Origin: a virus
IMG/VR virus record: IMGVR_UViG_3300033696_000009
Coordinates: 1-49,451 of that record
Length of the DNA stretch: 49,451 nt
Reading direction: 5' to 3' (one strand)
Part shown: positions 30,664-38,952 of the stretch, one piece after another
Numbering within the stretch: position 1 is the stretch's first letter
Layout of the letters: each line of letters opens with the position of its first letter
Made by a program: the position numbers and the translations under genes
Notes under the pieces: model-generated
The model's input: the letters and a program-made list of their open reading frames with translations, nothing else
What the model was told of the DNA's origin: nothing
The model's database searches: none

Positions 30664-32051
30664 AAACCATAATTGAGCGCATAAACAACGGCACCGCTGA
30701 ACGACCACTCAAAGGTCTGTGTGTTGAATCAACACTTTATATATACAACACTAAGCAAGAGGTTCTTGACGAGCAAGCGGTAAGCAATGGCAGGGTTGCT
30801 GGGCTTACTGCGTGGGCTAAAGACATATCAAAATTTATGTCATTTAGTGAAGATGGGGCAACTTATGAGGAAAAGGATCTTCCATCAGGTGACTTTAACC
30901 CTGACGATTTCGCAAGGTTGAATGAGGATGCCAGATTTCAGGATATTGAATCAAATTATGGTAACAACACTACAAAGCATGGCTTGGAGTTAAAGCAAGA
31001 CTCTAATCGATGGGGTCAGATGAATATTACTAACAACCTTGTTTTGTGGCAATGGGATCACCCAGATGATGTGACAAAAACTGAAAAGACTAGATTCTTG
31101 ACGATTGCACAGTCTGGTTTTGATTTTCAGCGATCACCGAAATATCTTGGTGTTAAACTGGCCACGGTTGAAGAGTTGCCGATGGTTAGTGTTGACGGTG
31201 TTTTGAAGGACGTTAAATCAATATCGGCTGGTGCAGGTGTTGCCATAAGTTATGATGAGCCAACAGGTGATTTAAAATTAACAGGCGATGGCAGTAACCA
31301 CGAATTTAAATCTAAAACATTGTTTGATAATGCCTCTGCAGATACCAACACAATTGGTCAAGGTGCGTTATATCAATTCACAGGCGAGGGGTCTGCCTTT
31401 GCAACACATCGCCATGAGTTTAACGACGACGGTGTGGTATGGGTTCTTAATTTACAAAGCAGTTTGAGGAGTAAATTTGTAAATCTTTCTAGCTCTGTCG
31501 GCAGCGTTCAGGCGACATCGTGCGAAGTTCCCGCAAATATGGTAGCCAGATTTACTTACTCTAAAGAAGCCAACGCTATAAACATTGAGATGTCATATTT
31601 TCGCGGAGATTTAGCTAAATATGTAACAGAGGATCAATTCAATGCTAAATCAGGAATAACGGGCGTTCATTCAGGAGGTGGTTCAACACTTCAAATTGAA
31701 TACTGGGAAAATGGCAAAATATTCTCAGTATCTAATTCAAAAATAGAAGTTAAACTTTTACAAGGGATGGACGTAGATCACAAACATGGATATGTTAAAT
31801 ATATCAATACTAGAGGTTCAGATGTTGAATTTTCATGGTTTGATAGATTCAGCAACCAAATTAACAACTCAACAGTCCCAGCTCATTGTCCAGCAAACAC
31901 AGTTGTGGAAATATTTGCCAACTATGACACTAACGATTATTTCCTTAGCTTTAGTCAGTCAAAAGTTGTTGCATCGGTAAATGAAGAAACACAACTACTA
32001 GCAGGAATTGCTGGCGGACAACTTTACGTAACAGATATGAAGGTAGGTTAA
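30660..32051 (+). CDS. fibre-like / receptor-binding-type protein (463 aa)
   Basis: ATGA overlap with the collagen-like gene. Size and Asn/Ser/Gly/Thr-rich composition are typical of fibres. No family recognised. Confidence 0.45.
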   Translation: MKTIIERINNGTAERPLKGLCVESTLYIYNTKQEVLDEQAVSNGRVAGLTAWAKDISKFMSFSEDGATYEEKDLPSGDFNPDDFARLNEDARFQDIESNYGNNTTKHGLELKQDSNRWGQMNITNNLVLWQWDHPDDVTKTEKTRFLTIAQSGFDFQRSPKYLGVKLATVEELPMVSVDGVLKDVKSISAGAGVAISYDEPTGDLKLTGDGSNHEFKSKTLFDNASADTNTIGQGALYQFTGEGSAFATHRHEFNDDGVVWVLNLQSSLRSKFVNLSSSVGSVQATSCEVPANMVARFTYSKEANAINIEMSYFRGDLAKYVTEDQFNAKSGITGVHSGGGSTLQIEYWENGKIFSVSNSKIEVKLLQGMDVDHKHGYVKYINTRGSDVEFSWFDRFSNQINNSTVPAHCPANTVVEIFANYDTNDYFLSFSQSKVVASVNEETQLLAGIAGGQLYVTDMKVG

Positions 32052-32052
32052 A

Positions 32053-33021
32053 ATGAACACTATTGATACGTTAGCGGTAAACACCCTGGCACTTCGCGGC
32101 AAGGGTGTAGAGTTCAATGAGTTTAGTCGCATGTTTAAATCCAAAGCAGACGCACTGGCGTCAATCGAAGGTGGGGATTACGTCCCAACTCCAGGAACTA
32201 CCAATGCAGTGATCATCTTAGGCGAAGGCATTATGATTTACTCATTTGATCTTCTTGATTTTGTGCATATTAGTCAGTTTATCCATGCTGGAGACCAGGC
32301 TAATCGATACATTAAACTTGACGGAGTTAACGATCATATTGAGTTTGATAACGCTGGTGACGTGCTCGACTTCACGAAAGATTGGTCAATCGGTGTTACG
32401 TTGGTTGGAGTTGGTCATCCATCTTCACCAGTAAAATATAAACTATTCGGTCGCGGTGGAGTGCAGATCACATTGATTGCATCAACTGGCACTAACTGGG
32501 GTTTGTACGTAACTAGCGATAACGACCTATACAATGCAGCAAAACGAGCGCAAGCTAACACTTGGTATGCTCCAAGTGATTTTAGTCGCTTACTATTTGT
32601 TTATACAGCTGCGGATAGAAAGCTTAAGTACTTTATTGGCGACCCATCAACAGGCGGTTTCGCACAGCGCGCAAACCTGACTATCCCGCAAACTATGGTT
32701 GACGGTCAAAATATCGTAGGCGGGTTAGATATTGGCAAGCCGTTTACTGGTGTTGGAGGTGCTGGGTTCAGTGGCGTGAACTGGGAAGGCGGAGTAAATA
32801 ACCTGATCGTTTCAGGCCTTGCGCTAACTGGGCCACACCTAACTGAATACTTTCAGACTGGTGAAGAGTTCACGGAAATGGATTTGTACGCCGATCTAGC
32901 TGCATACTGCAAGCTAGGTGAGGATGCTTACCCGAATATCAGCGATGAGAAAGGCCTGCTGACTGGAGGTGTGCTAGTCAATGGTGCTGCTGATGACTTT
33001 GTAGATATACCAACAGAATAG
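32053..33021 (+). CDS. LamG/concanavalin-like lectin-domain protein
   Basis: RYIKLDGVNDHIEFDNAGDVLDFTKDWSIGVTL... and GVNWEGGVNNLIV resemble the Laminin_G_3 pattern. Confidence 0.5.
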   Translation: MNTIDTLAVNTLALRGKGVEFNEFSRMFKSKADALASIEGGDYVPTPGTTNAVIILGEGIMIYSFDLLDFVHISQFIHAGDQANRYIKLDGVNDHIEFDNAGDVLDFTKDWSIGVTLVGVGHPSSPVKYKLFGRGGVQITLIASTGTNWGLYVTSDNDLYNAAKRAQANTWYAPSDFSRLLFVYTAADRKLKYFIGDPSTGGFAQRANLTIPQTMVDGQNIVGGLDIGKPFTGVGGAGFSGVNWEGGVNNLIVSGLALTGPHLTEYFQTGEEFTEMDLYADLAAYCKLGEDAYPNISDEKGLLTGGVLVNGAADDFVDIPTE

Positions 33022-33029
33022 CCAACAAA

Positions 33030-33058
33030 AAGCCCCTTAATTGGGGCTTCTTTTATTT
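33030..33058. terminator. bidirectional intrinsic terminator
   Basis: AAAAAGCCCC-ttaatt-GGGGCTT followed by CTTTTATTT. Confidence 0.8.
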
Positions 33059-33067
33059 AACATTTGA

Positions 33068-33664
33068 TTATTTTATACTTTCGTTATGGCCTGATATAGC
33101 TTTTTTCATTTGCCACTCTTTAACCTCAACCATATCATTTGATGGCACCCACAAAATTGAGTCCATATTGGAATCATGGGCGCTATCATTATTCTTGTAG
33201 GCTTCAAGCTTTTCAGGGTCATCGTCATACCAAGGCTTTGACACAAAAACGACTTTAGTTGAAGGTATAAATATCAGACTTGGGAAGTGTACGCGACCAG
33301 AGCTATAGTCATGAACTCTGCCCATAAAATGACAGCTAAGCCCAACAACTCCCAATGCATCATCAATTTGAGGTTGAGGAATTAGCTTTAGTTTTGCGTA
33401 AACTTCCTTTCCAATCTTGGTGTTTTTCTTTGGCATAAAGCATCCATTATCAACTCTTTTGTATATACCCATATCAACATCAGATTCAAAAAAGAAACCG
33501 CAAACCTTGCCGCGACAAACCAGCCACTTCTCTTGACTCGCTCCAATAGATTTAGCAACCTCTTTTATTTTTACTCTAGATTGCTTTTGAGTATCTATAA
33601 TTGATAAAACCTCATCAACAAGCTTTCCTTTAGTTGATTTAAAATACTTTCTGTATACATTCAT
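33068..33664 (-). CDS. hypothetical protein, paralogue family A (partner 14066..14578)
   Basis: Track ORF trimmed to the ATG 6 nt after AGGTG. For the shared motifs see 14066..14578. Confidence 0.6.
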   Translation of the reverse strand: MNVYRKYFKSTKGKLVDEVLSIIDTQKQSRVKIKEVAKSIGASQEKWLVCRGKVCGFFFESDVDMGIYKRVDNGCFMPKKNTKIGKEVYAKLKLIPQPQIDDALGVVGLSCHFMGRVHDYSSGRVHFPSLIFIPSTKVVFVSKPWYDDDPEKLEAYKNNDSAHDSNMDSILWVPSNDMVEVKEWQMKKAISGHNESIK

Positions 33665-33707
33665 ACCTAACACCTATTTAATATACTAATAACATTTGCA
33701 CAACATG

Positions 33708-33785
33708 TGCTATACTTTATCCAAGGATGGCCAAAGGATTGGCACCATGGATGGAATGCCCCGCTATTATGTAGCGGGGTTTTTG
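33708..33785 (+). ncRNA. candidate small antisense RNA (about 63 nt, GGA-rich) with its own extended -10 promoter and terminator
   Basis: TGCTATACT at 33708..33716. Then CCAAGGATGG CCAAAGGATTGG CACCATGGATGG. Then CCCCGCTA-ttatg-TAGCGGGG plus TTTTT at 33759..33784. All are on the plus strand, between two minus-strand genes. Confidence 0.35.
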
Positions 33786-33847
33786 CTATCTACACATCGA
33801 TAAACACTTAAGCCAATTCCTAGTTTGTTCGCGTGATCGTAGTTTTA

Positions 33848-34645
33848 TCATTTTAGTAGTCCTTTATAAAAAAGAATCTCAAGCATCAATGGATCGTACT
33901 TAATAACCCCCTCAGCTATTAGGATATTTTCAGCATTTTTTACTGATATCTCACATTGCTTTTCGCGCTCTGTTTGGATTGGTAGTATCTCGGTCATTGG
34001 CAGTGCGTAAGACGCTGCGTATTCGTTTAAGTTTGTAACCTCCCAAACAACGTGCAAATGTTCATCCAATGGGTGCGCGCCAACATAAAAAACCTTATTT
34101 GAAACTATATCAAAACCTTCACGAATAAACTGTTGGCCGCTTTTTATTGACTCACCCGCTTCCTGCATGGCTTTGGTGTAGGTAGGTTTGTCTACCTCTG
34201 AAAGCTTATTTACAGCGTCAATTGATGCGGAAAGGCGTGGATATGGCTCTTGCATTCTTCCGTAAATCACTGGAGTGGCCTCACCGTCACGACTGGCGTT
34301 AGCCATAGAATCAAGCTCATCACCTTGATTTAGCGATGGTCGCCACTCAATATTTTCACTCTCCCAATTAATAGCCTCAGAGTGAACCATGCGCTCTTCT
34401 TTGCAGTCCACCTTTCTATACTCAATCAACCCATCAAAACTAGGCTTCTCACCTGTATTTGTGCGCCAAGCGAATTCGGTTGGAATGTAGGAATTATCGT
34501 GATTAAGGTCCTTTCTTTCTGAATTCATAAATGAAGCACCATCTTCACCCAAAGGTGAAAGATGTACACTGCCACATATTGTCCTATTTGAGTCACCCTC
34601 AACAAACACCAATCCCGCCTTTTTGTAATCGCCTACTGTTTTCAT
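33848..34645 (-). CDS. hypothetical protein, paralogue family C (partner 23316..24002)
   Basis: See 23316..24002. Confidence 0.65.
   Translation of the reverse strand: MKTVGDYKKAGLVFVEGDSNRTICGSVHLSPLGEDGASFMNSERKDLNHDNSYIPTEFAWRTNTGEKPSFDGLIEYRKVDCKEERMVHSEAINWESENIEWRPSLNQGDELDSMANASRDGEATPVIYGRMQEPYPRLSASIDAVNKLSEVDKPTYTKAMQEAGESIKSGQQFIREGFDIVSNKVFYVGAHPLDEHLHVVWEVTNLNEYAASYALPMTEILPIQTEREKQCEISVKNAENILIAEGVIKYDPLMLEILFYKGLLK
34421..34477. repeat. inverted copy of the 57-nt patch at 23469..23525
   Basis: Hand alignment of the reverse complement shows 2 mismatches. Confidence 0.85.
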
Positions 34646-34932
34646 CTTTTAATCTCCTTTAGTTCATCAGTTAGACCGGGGAAATTATCTATGCTGTATT
34701 TGCTAGGCTCGCTTGGCTTTTTATCAAAATAAAACTCTGACATTTTGGAAACCATCCGCATGAAATCTCTATTTAAAAACGTTATCGTTCTACCAGAAAC
34801 AAGATTGCAAATAATTAGATCCCCATCCACTAACACCTTTTTTGATACCTTTCCGTTAAAAACGTTTGCAGGATCCCCCCTAAGCTCATTAACTGCATCA
34901 ACAATCCAATCGCAATATTTTTTATCTTCCAC
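34642..34932 (-). CDS. hypothetical protein (96 aa, GTG start)
   Basis: GGAG lies 7 nt upstream of the GTG. It is the first gene after the leftward promoter at 34963..34991. Confidence 0.5.
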   Translation of the reverse strand: MEDKKYCDWIVDAVNELRGDPANVFNGKVSKKVLVDGDLIICNLVSGRTITFLNRDFMRMVSKMSEFYFDKKPSEPSKYSIDNFPGLTDELKEIKR

Positions 34933-34957
34933 CTTTAATCTCCATCGTTATTAATTA

Positions 34958-34986
34958 TTGACAGATTAAGCCCGACAAAGGATACT
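34958..34986 (+). promoter_or_regulatory. rightward sigma70-like promoter
   Basis: TTGACA, 17 nt, GATACT. Confidence 0.5.
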
Positions 34987-34991
34987 GTCAA
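34963..34991 (-). promoter_or_regulatory. leftward sigma70-like promoter overlapping the rightward one
   Basis: Minus strand reads TTGACA-N12-GGGCT-TAATCT, the same core as 20299..20327. Confidence 0.55.
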
Positions 34992-35023
34992 CACTAAATA
35001 TCAAATGCTGGAGAAATAATTAA

Positions 35024-35503
35024 ATGAATAGCAAACGCAAGAAGCATGAAGTAACACCAATTGGCATTGAATCTGCCAGCGCTTATATAAATGAGCAACT
35101 AACAGCAAAGAAGAAAGGTCGACGAATGGGTGTAGAAACATCGCGTTCACTAACTCTTATCCTTGCTTATGGCGTTGATGCAATTACATCTAACAAGGCT
35201 GCCAACGATAGCGACTCAAAAGACCAGACAGCGGCTCATCAGCTTAAGTGGAAGGCTATTGAGCGTATTAAGCAATTCATCGATCTAGGGCACGTTAATG
35301 CGGTAGATTTAACACCTACAGTTACAGTAAACGGTTTCTCTGATATCTCAGCAGATATTAAGTACCTATCAAAGTGCTCAGATCGAGAGCTGTCCGCATT
35401 AAAGGCGGTAGTTTGCTTTGGTGCTCCAGTTGATGAAATTGAATCATTCTGTGGGGTGGAGATTAAAGGTCTAGTTAAGATGGTGAGCAACTTAATAAAA
35501 TAG
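35024..35503 (+). CDS. hypothetical protein with a C-terminal sigma-region-4/LuxR-like HTH (possible transcription regulator)
   Basis: LSKCSDRELSALKAVVCFGAPVDEIESFCGVEIKGLVKMVSNLI follows the L..RE...L.....G....EI....GV....V pattern. Inference only. Confidence 0.35.
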   Translation: MNSKRKKHEVTPIGIESASAYINEQLTAKKKGRRMGVETSRSLTLILAYGVDAITSNKAANDSDSKDQTAAHQLKWKAIERIKQFIDLGHVNAVDLTPTVTVNGFSDISADIKYLSKCSDRELSALKAVVCFGAPVDEIESFCGVEIKGLVKMVSNLIK

Positions 35504-35511
35504 GGGTCAGT

Positions 35512-35769
35512 ATGAATGCTTTATCTTGGTTGGCAATAGTCAGCTTGGTTGCAATGGTTTACTCAATGCTAAAATTTCATGTTGACCCCATGATAATTTT
35601 AGCGCTACTAGTTTGTTGTTCGCTGCTAGCAATAGCCGCCATGTTTGTTGCTGATTCAGCCAAGGATAGAGGTAGTGCTGATATTGCAGAATTGAAGATA
35701 TCAACTGCCGAAATGCGGAATGAAATAAAAAAGCATGAACAAAGGATTAGTGATCTTGAGAGTGTCTGA
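35512..35769 (+). CDS. membrane protein (85 aa; two TM segments plus a C-terminal coiled coil)
   Basis: Hydrophobic stretches LAIVSLVAMVYSML and IILALLVCCSLLAIAAMFV. Confidence 0.55.
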   Translation: MNALSWLAIVSLVAMVYSMLKFHVDPMIILALLVCCSLLAIAAMFVADSAKDRGSADIAELKISTAEMRNEIKKHEQRISDLESV

Positions 35770-35903
35770 TAAAATAGGATTGCAATCACGCAAACCTTAT
35801 AGAGTAAATTCAGATGCCGGCAAATAGACCAGTTGAACAGAGTAACGAAGAAAACGAAGATCAAGAATCACAGTAGGCGAATAATCGCCTGCTAAGGGCG
35901 ATT

Positions 35904-36380
35904 ATGGAAAACTACTTAGGATTGGCCGCAGTTTTTGCGGCCTTTATTTTATCTAAAAGAGATAGATCTGTACCACTAATAATTACTATTTACTACTTGC
36001 TATGCATATACTTCGATTACGCATTTTGGGGTGTTCATGAGAGCGTGTTTAGCACTGTAAAATCAACCGCGACTGAGATCGCAGAATACCACTTAGCAAT
36101 AGTATCTTCATCAGTAATGATAATCGTACTGCTGCTGTCATCAAAAAAGCCAAAGGTTATAGTTAGGTTCTACGCAGCAATGGTTACGTTATCGGCGCTG
36201 CATAGCATGCTTAGCCTATTCTTCTCATCACTGTCAATGGACTGGTACACTGATATTTATTTGTTGCATCAGCGTTATGCGATACAATTAGATATTATAA
36301 TCGCGTGGCTTGCATCTGATAATGCCTTAAGCCGAGTAGTCAACAGACATTGGACTAAATATGTCAGAAGAGAAGATTAA
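35904..36380 (+). CDS. polytopic membrane protein (158 aa, 4-5 TM segments)
   Basis: Multiple hydrophobic segments in the track translation. Confidence 0.55.
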   Translation: MENYLGLAAVFAAFILSKRDRSVPLIITIYYLLCIYFDYAFWGVHESVFSTVKSTATEIAEYHLAIVSSSVMIIVLLLSSKKPKVIVRFYAAMVTLSALHSMLSLFFSSLSMDWYTDIYLLHQRYAIQLDIIIAWLASDNALSRVVNRHWTKYVRRED

Positions 36381-36711
36381 CAGTATGGATGCTGATATCA
36401 AGTCTTTGAAAACGGAAGTCACGAGGCTTGTAGCAAGCCAAGACAGGCAGACAGAGGCGCTAGTCGAAACAACAAAAGGTTGGAGAGACGTTTCTGTCAA
36501 TATGGCCAGAGTTTTAGAAAGGCTTGAGCATTCAGCAAAGCAGGGCGATAGGGCGCATGATAGGTTAGACAAGATGGATGAAACCCTTGTGGATATGCGA
36601 CTATCAATACAAAACAACATAATGACAAAAGAGAAGATGATCGGTTACACGGTCGTTTCTGGAGTGGCAATCTTCGCTCTTGTTTATAGCGTCCAGAGGA
36701 TATTCCCGTAA
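36361..36711 (+). CDS. coiled-coil protein with a C-terminal TM anchor (116 aa; XhlA-like topology)
   Basis: N-terminal heptad-like region and the C-terminal TM segment IGYTVVSGVAIFALVYSV. Confidence 0.5.
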   Translation: MSEEKINSMDADIKSLKTEVTRLVASQDRQTEALVETTKGWRDVSVNMARVLERLEHSAKQGDRAHDRLDKMDETLVDMRLSIQNNIMTKEKMIGYTVVSGVAIFALVYSVQRIFP

Positions 36712-37103
36712 TGCCAACAACTATTACACCGCAAGACTTTTACACTGCAATGCCTGGTTATGCAGATTGCCCTAGCGTAATGGTTGGGCTACACATTGAA
36801 TCTGTTGACGCTAAAGATGACTGCCTTGATGCCAACTACCCAAGCGGAACAATTAAACTATTAAAATATTACTACATTGCCATGATGTGCAGCGCTGCCA
36901 GCGGTGGCCAGAAACAAATAACATCAGAACGAGCACCATCAGGGGCGGCTCGTGGATTTAGCTATTACGACCCTAAGTCTGAGTTAACGCTCAAAAAGGC
37001 AATTGAATCACTTGATAGCGCGGGCTGCATCACTCCACTGTTGCCGGGCTCAAGATTAGGCATCGGCGCATTAGGTCGAACTTGTAAAAATGGGAGGTGT
37101 TAA
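36711..37103 (+). CDS. head-tail connector protein (DUF4054-like)
   Basis: It is the first of four small tightly coupled genes before the major tail gene. ITSERAPSGAARGFSY resembles the DUF4054 C-terminal motif. Confidence 0.55.
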   Translation: MPTTITPQDFYTAMPGYADCPSVMVGLHIESVDAKDDCLDANYPSGTIKLLKYYYIAMMCSAASGGQKQITSERAPSGAARGFSYYDPKSELTLKKAIESLDSAGCITPLLPGSRLGIGALGRTCKNGRC

Positions 37104-37104
37104 T

Positions 37105-37239
37105 ATGCCGGAAATTACTTACGATATCAAAATTAGAATGTGGGTTGTTTATGCTGTAATGCCTATAAATGCAGTCAGATACTTGCTAGGAAAGGAAATG
37201 TGGCTACCATCCTTAGCGATCAAGATGGGAGTATTATAG
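37105..37239 (+). CDS. small hydrophobic ORF (44 aa)
   Basis: Manual ORF MPEITYDIKIRMWVVYAVMPINAVRYLLGKEMWLPSLAIKMGVL. It fills the gap exactly and GGGAGG lies upstream. Confidence 0.3.
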   Translation: MPEITYDIKIRMWVVYAVMPINAVRYLLGKEMWLPSLAIKMGVL

Positions 37240-37240
37240 C

Positions 37241-37606
37241 GTGTCCTCTATAGCAAGATGGGCTAACACTCAACTAGCAACGATATGGCGTCAAGGCGAA
37301 AAGGACGAGTTTGGCCAATTCACTTGGTCACTGCCAGAATACGTTTTAGTTTCATATCGTCTTGGCGGTTCTGAGCAATACGTAGACTCGACAGGCGTTA
37401 AGTTTATGCCTAAGTCTACTTACTGGACTGAAATGTTAATGCAGGATGGCACGTTTGCAGATAAGCCATCACTAGGCGATAAAATGCAATTAGGCGAGCA
37501 ACTAGGTAATCCAACATCAGAAGCAGATGATTTACGCTCAGTACAGATTGATGACGCCACCATGTTCGGGGCTAGTGAAATGCCAGACTACATGGTGATG
37601 ACATGA
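37241..37606 (+). CDS. head closure / head-tail adaptor protein
   Basis: 121 aa with a GTG start. The call rests on position and size in the connector block. Confidence 0.45.
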   Translation: MSSIARWANTQLATIWRQGEKDEFGQFTWSLPEYVLVSYRLGGSEQYVDSTGVKFMPKSTYWTEMLMQDGTFADKPSLGDKMQLGEQLGNPTSEADDLRSVQIDDATMFGASEMPDYMVMT

Positions 37607-37983
37607 CAGTTAAGGGTATTGATAAGATACGTAAGAACATTGGTAACGTATTTATTGAGACACAAGGGGTAAATACCCAAGCGGCATTAAGCGCGATCAT
37701 GATGACCGCTAGGGGTCACGTGATGCTAAGAACTCCGGTAGACACCGCGACAATGATCAACTCGCTAAACTTTAAGGTCTCCAAAGAAAGTGCCGTGTTA
37801 TACTTTAGAGGCGGGTTCGCAGACAAAACAGGCTTTAACTATGCTCTATATCTAGAAGAAAACGAGAGCTGGAAACCAACTAAAAAGCCAGCTGCGGGCC
37901 CGCACTTTATGCGAGACGGATTCGAATCACCAGAAGCGCGAGCCGATATCATGGCAGTAATTAAGGCGTCATACAGATTATGA
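37603..37983 (+). CDS. HK97 gp10-family head-tail joining protein
   Basis: RTPVDTATMINSL...FNYALYLEE...AGPHFM matches the gp10-family pattern (vP.dTG.L..S...Ya..vE...a.pf). Confidence 0.7.
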   Translation: MTVKGIDKIRKNIGNVFIETQGVNTQAALSAIMMTARGHVMLRTPVDTATMINSLNFKVSKESAVLYFRGGFADKTGFNYALYLEENESWKPTKKPAAGPHFMRDGFESPEARADIMAVIKASYRL

Positions 37984-38393
37984 TTATCGAACAAATGGTA
38001 CAGAAAATACTGCAAGACGGCGGAATGCTTGGTGGATGGACTAACCCTAATGGTGAACCTGTAGCAGCGCCTGTTGTTCAGATTGGATTGTTAAGGGAAA
38101 CCGACATAGGCGAAAACAGGTGCGTTCTGATAAGATCTAACAATGGAGGGGGAACTAAGTATGTCCAAAGGCCGTCTGTTGATGTTTATCTTTTTGGTAT
38201 AAAAGACCTAGTTGACGCATACAACATCACATCAAGAGCAGGCGACATATTTGGGTACATTTTAACTAGCCCTTGTTATGGTGATATAATGGGAACAACT
38301 CAAGTATCTATGTCGCCAACCCTATCAAGCAGCGAGGGGCGACCATACATATTAATTAACTTTACAGCCATATCTGACAGGGGCATAACATGA
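37980..38393 (+). CDS. tail completion/terminator protein
   Basis: 137 aa, immediately upstream of the major tail gene, with 4-nt overlaps on both sides. Confidence 0.5.
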   Translation: MIIEQMVQKILQDGGMLGGWTNPNGEPVAAPVVQIGLLRETDIGENRCVLIRSNNGGGTKYVQRPSVDVYLFGIKDLVDAYNITSRAGDIFGYILTSPCYGDIMGTTQVSMSPTLSSSEGRPYILINFTAISDRGIT

Positions 38394-38893
38394 GTAATTG
38401 CGGTACAAATAGATTTTTAGGTGCGGACGCAGTTGTGTCTATTGCATGGAATAAAGGCGTAGGTATTGACGTTTGCCCTACCGACGATCCAGCCACGTTG
38501 ACATTTGACCCGGTGATGTCGCTTACATCAAAGAGTAACAACAACACGCTAAACACTACTGGAACTAGAACGGATAGCGATAAAGGGGCTTACACTCCAA
38601 CTATCGTTATCGGCGCTGAGGGGGCTATTGAACTAAGCGGGGTTATCGACACTACTGATGATAATTTCATTGATCTTGATATTGAAGTTTACAATAAGAT
38701 GCAAAGCGTTGGTGGTGACAAGGGTGTTTACGCATTCGTTAAGGTTGTAGATCCGTCAATCACAGAAATTACATACGCTCTAATCACAGATATTAGCAAG
38801 ACGTATGACACGGAAGCGGAATCTACTCACAATATCACACTAACCAAGCAAAACAGCGGGTTCAACTCCAAGAGTAAAACTCCAGCTCCTTAG
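38390..38893 (+). CDS. major tail protein
   Basis: 167 aa and Thr/Asp/Ser-rich. A very strong terminator/attenuator follows, then the chaperone and tape measure genes. Confidence 0.7.
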   Translation: MSNCGTNRFLGADAVVSIAWNKGVGIDVCPTDDPATLTFDPVMSLTSKSNNNTLNTTGTRTDSDKGAYTPTIVIGAEGAIELSGVIDTTDDNFIDLDIEVYNKMQSVGGDKGVYAFVKVVDPSITEITYALITDISKTYDTEAESTHNITLTKQNSGFNSKSKTPAP

Positions 38894-38910
38894 ATTTAAA
38901 TTCGGGTTAT

Positions 38911-38941
38911 AATGGCAACTATTAGGTTGCCATTTTTTTTT
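38911..38941 (+). terminator. strong intrinsic terminator/attenuator after the major tail gene
   Basis: AATGGCAAC-tattag-GTTGCCATT running into a T9 tract. Confidence 0.85.
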
Positions 38942-38952
38942 GGGGTTTTATC

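Noticed and set aside
33695-33710. Small inverted repeat GCACA-aca-TGTGC just upstream of the candidate sRNA -10, considered as an operator.
   Set aside because: It is a single copy with 5-bp arms, which is too little evidence.
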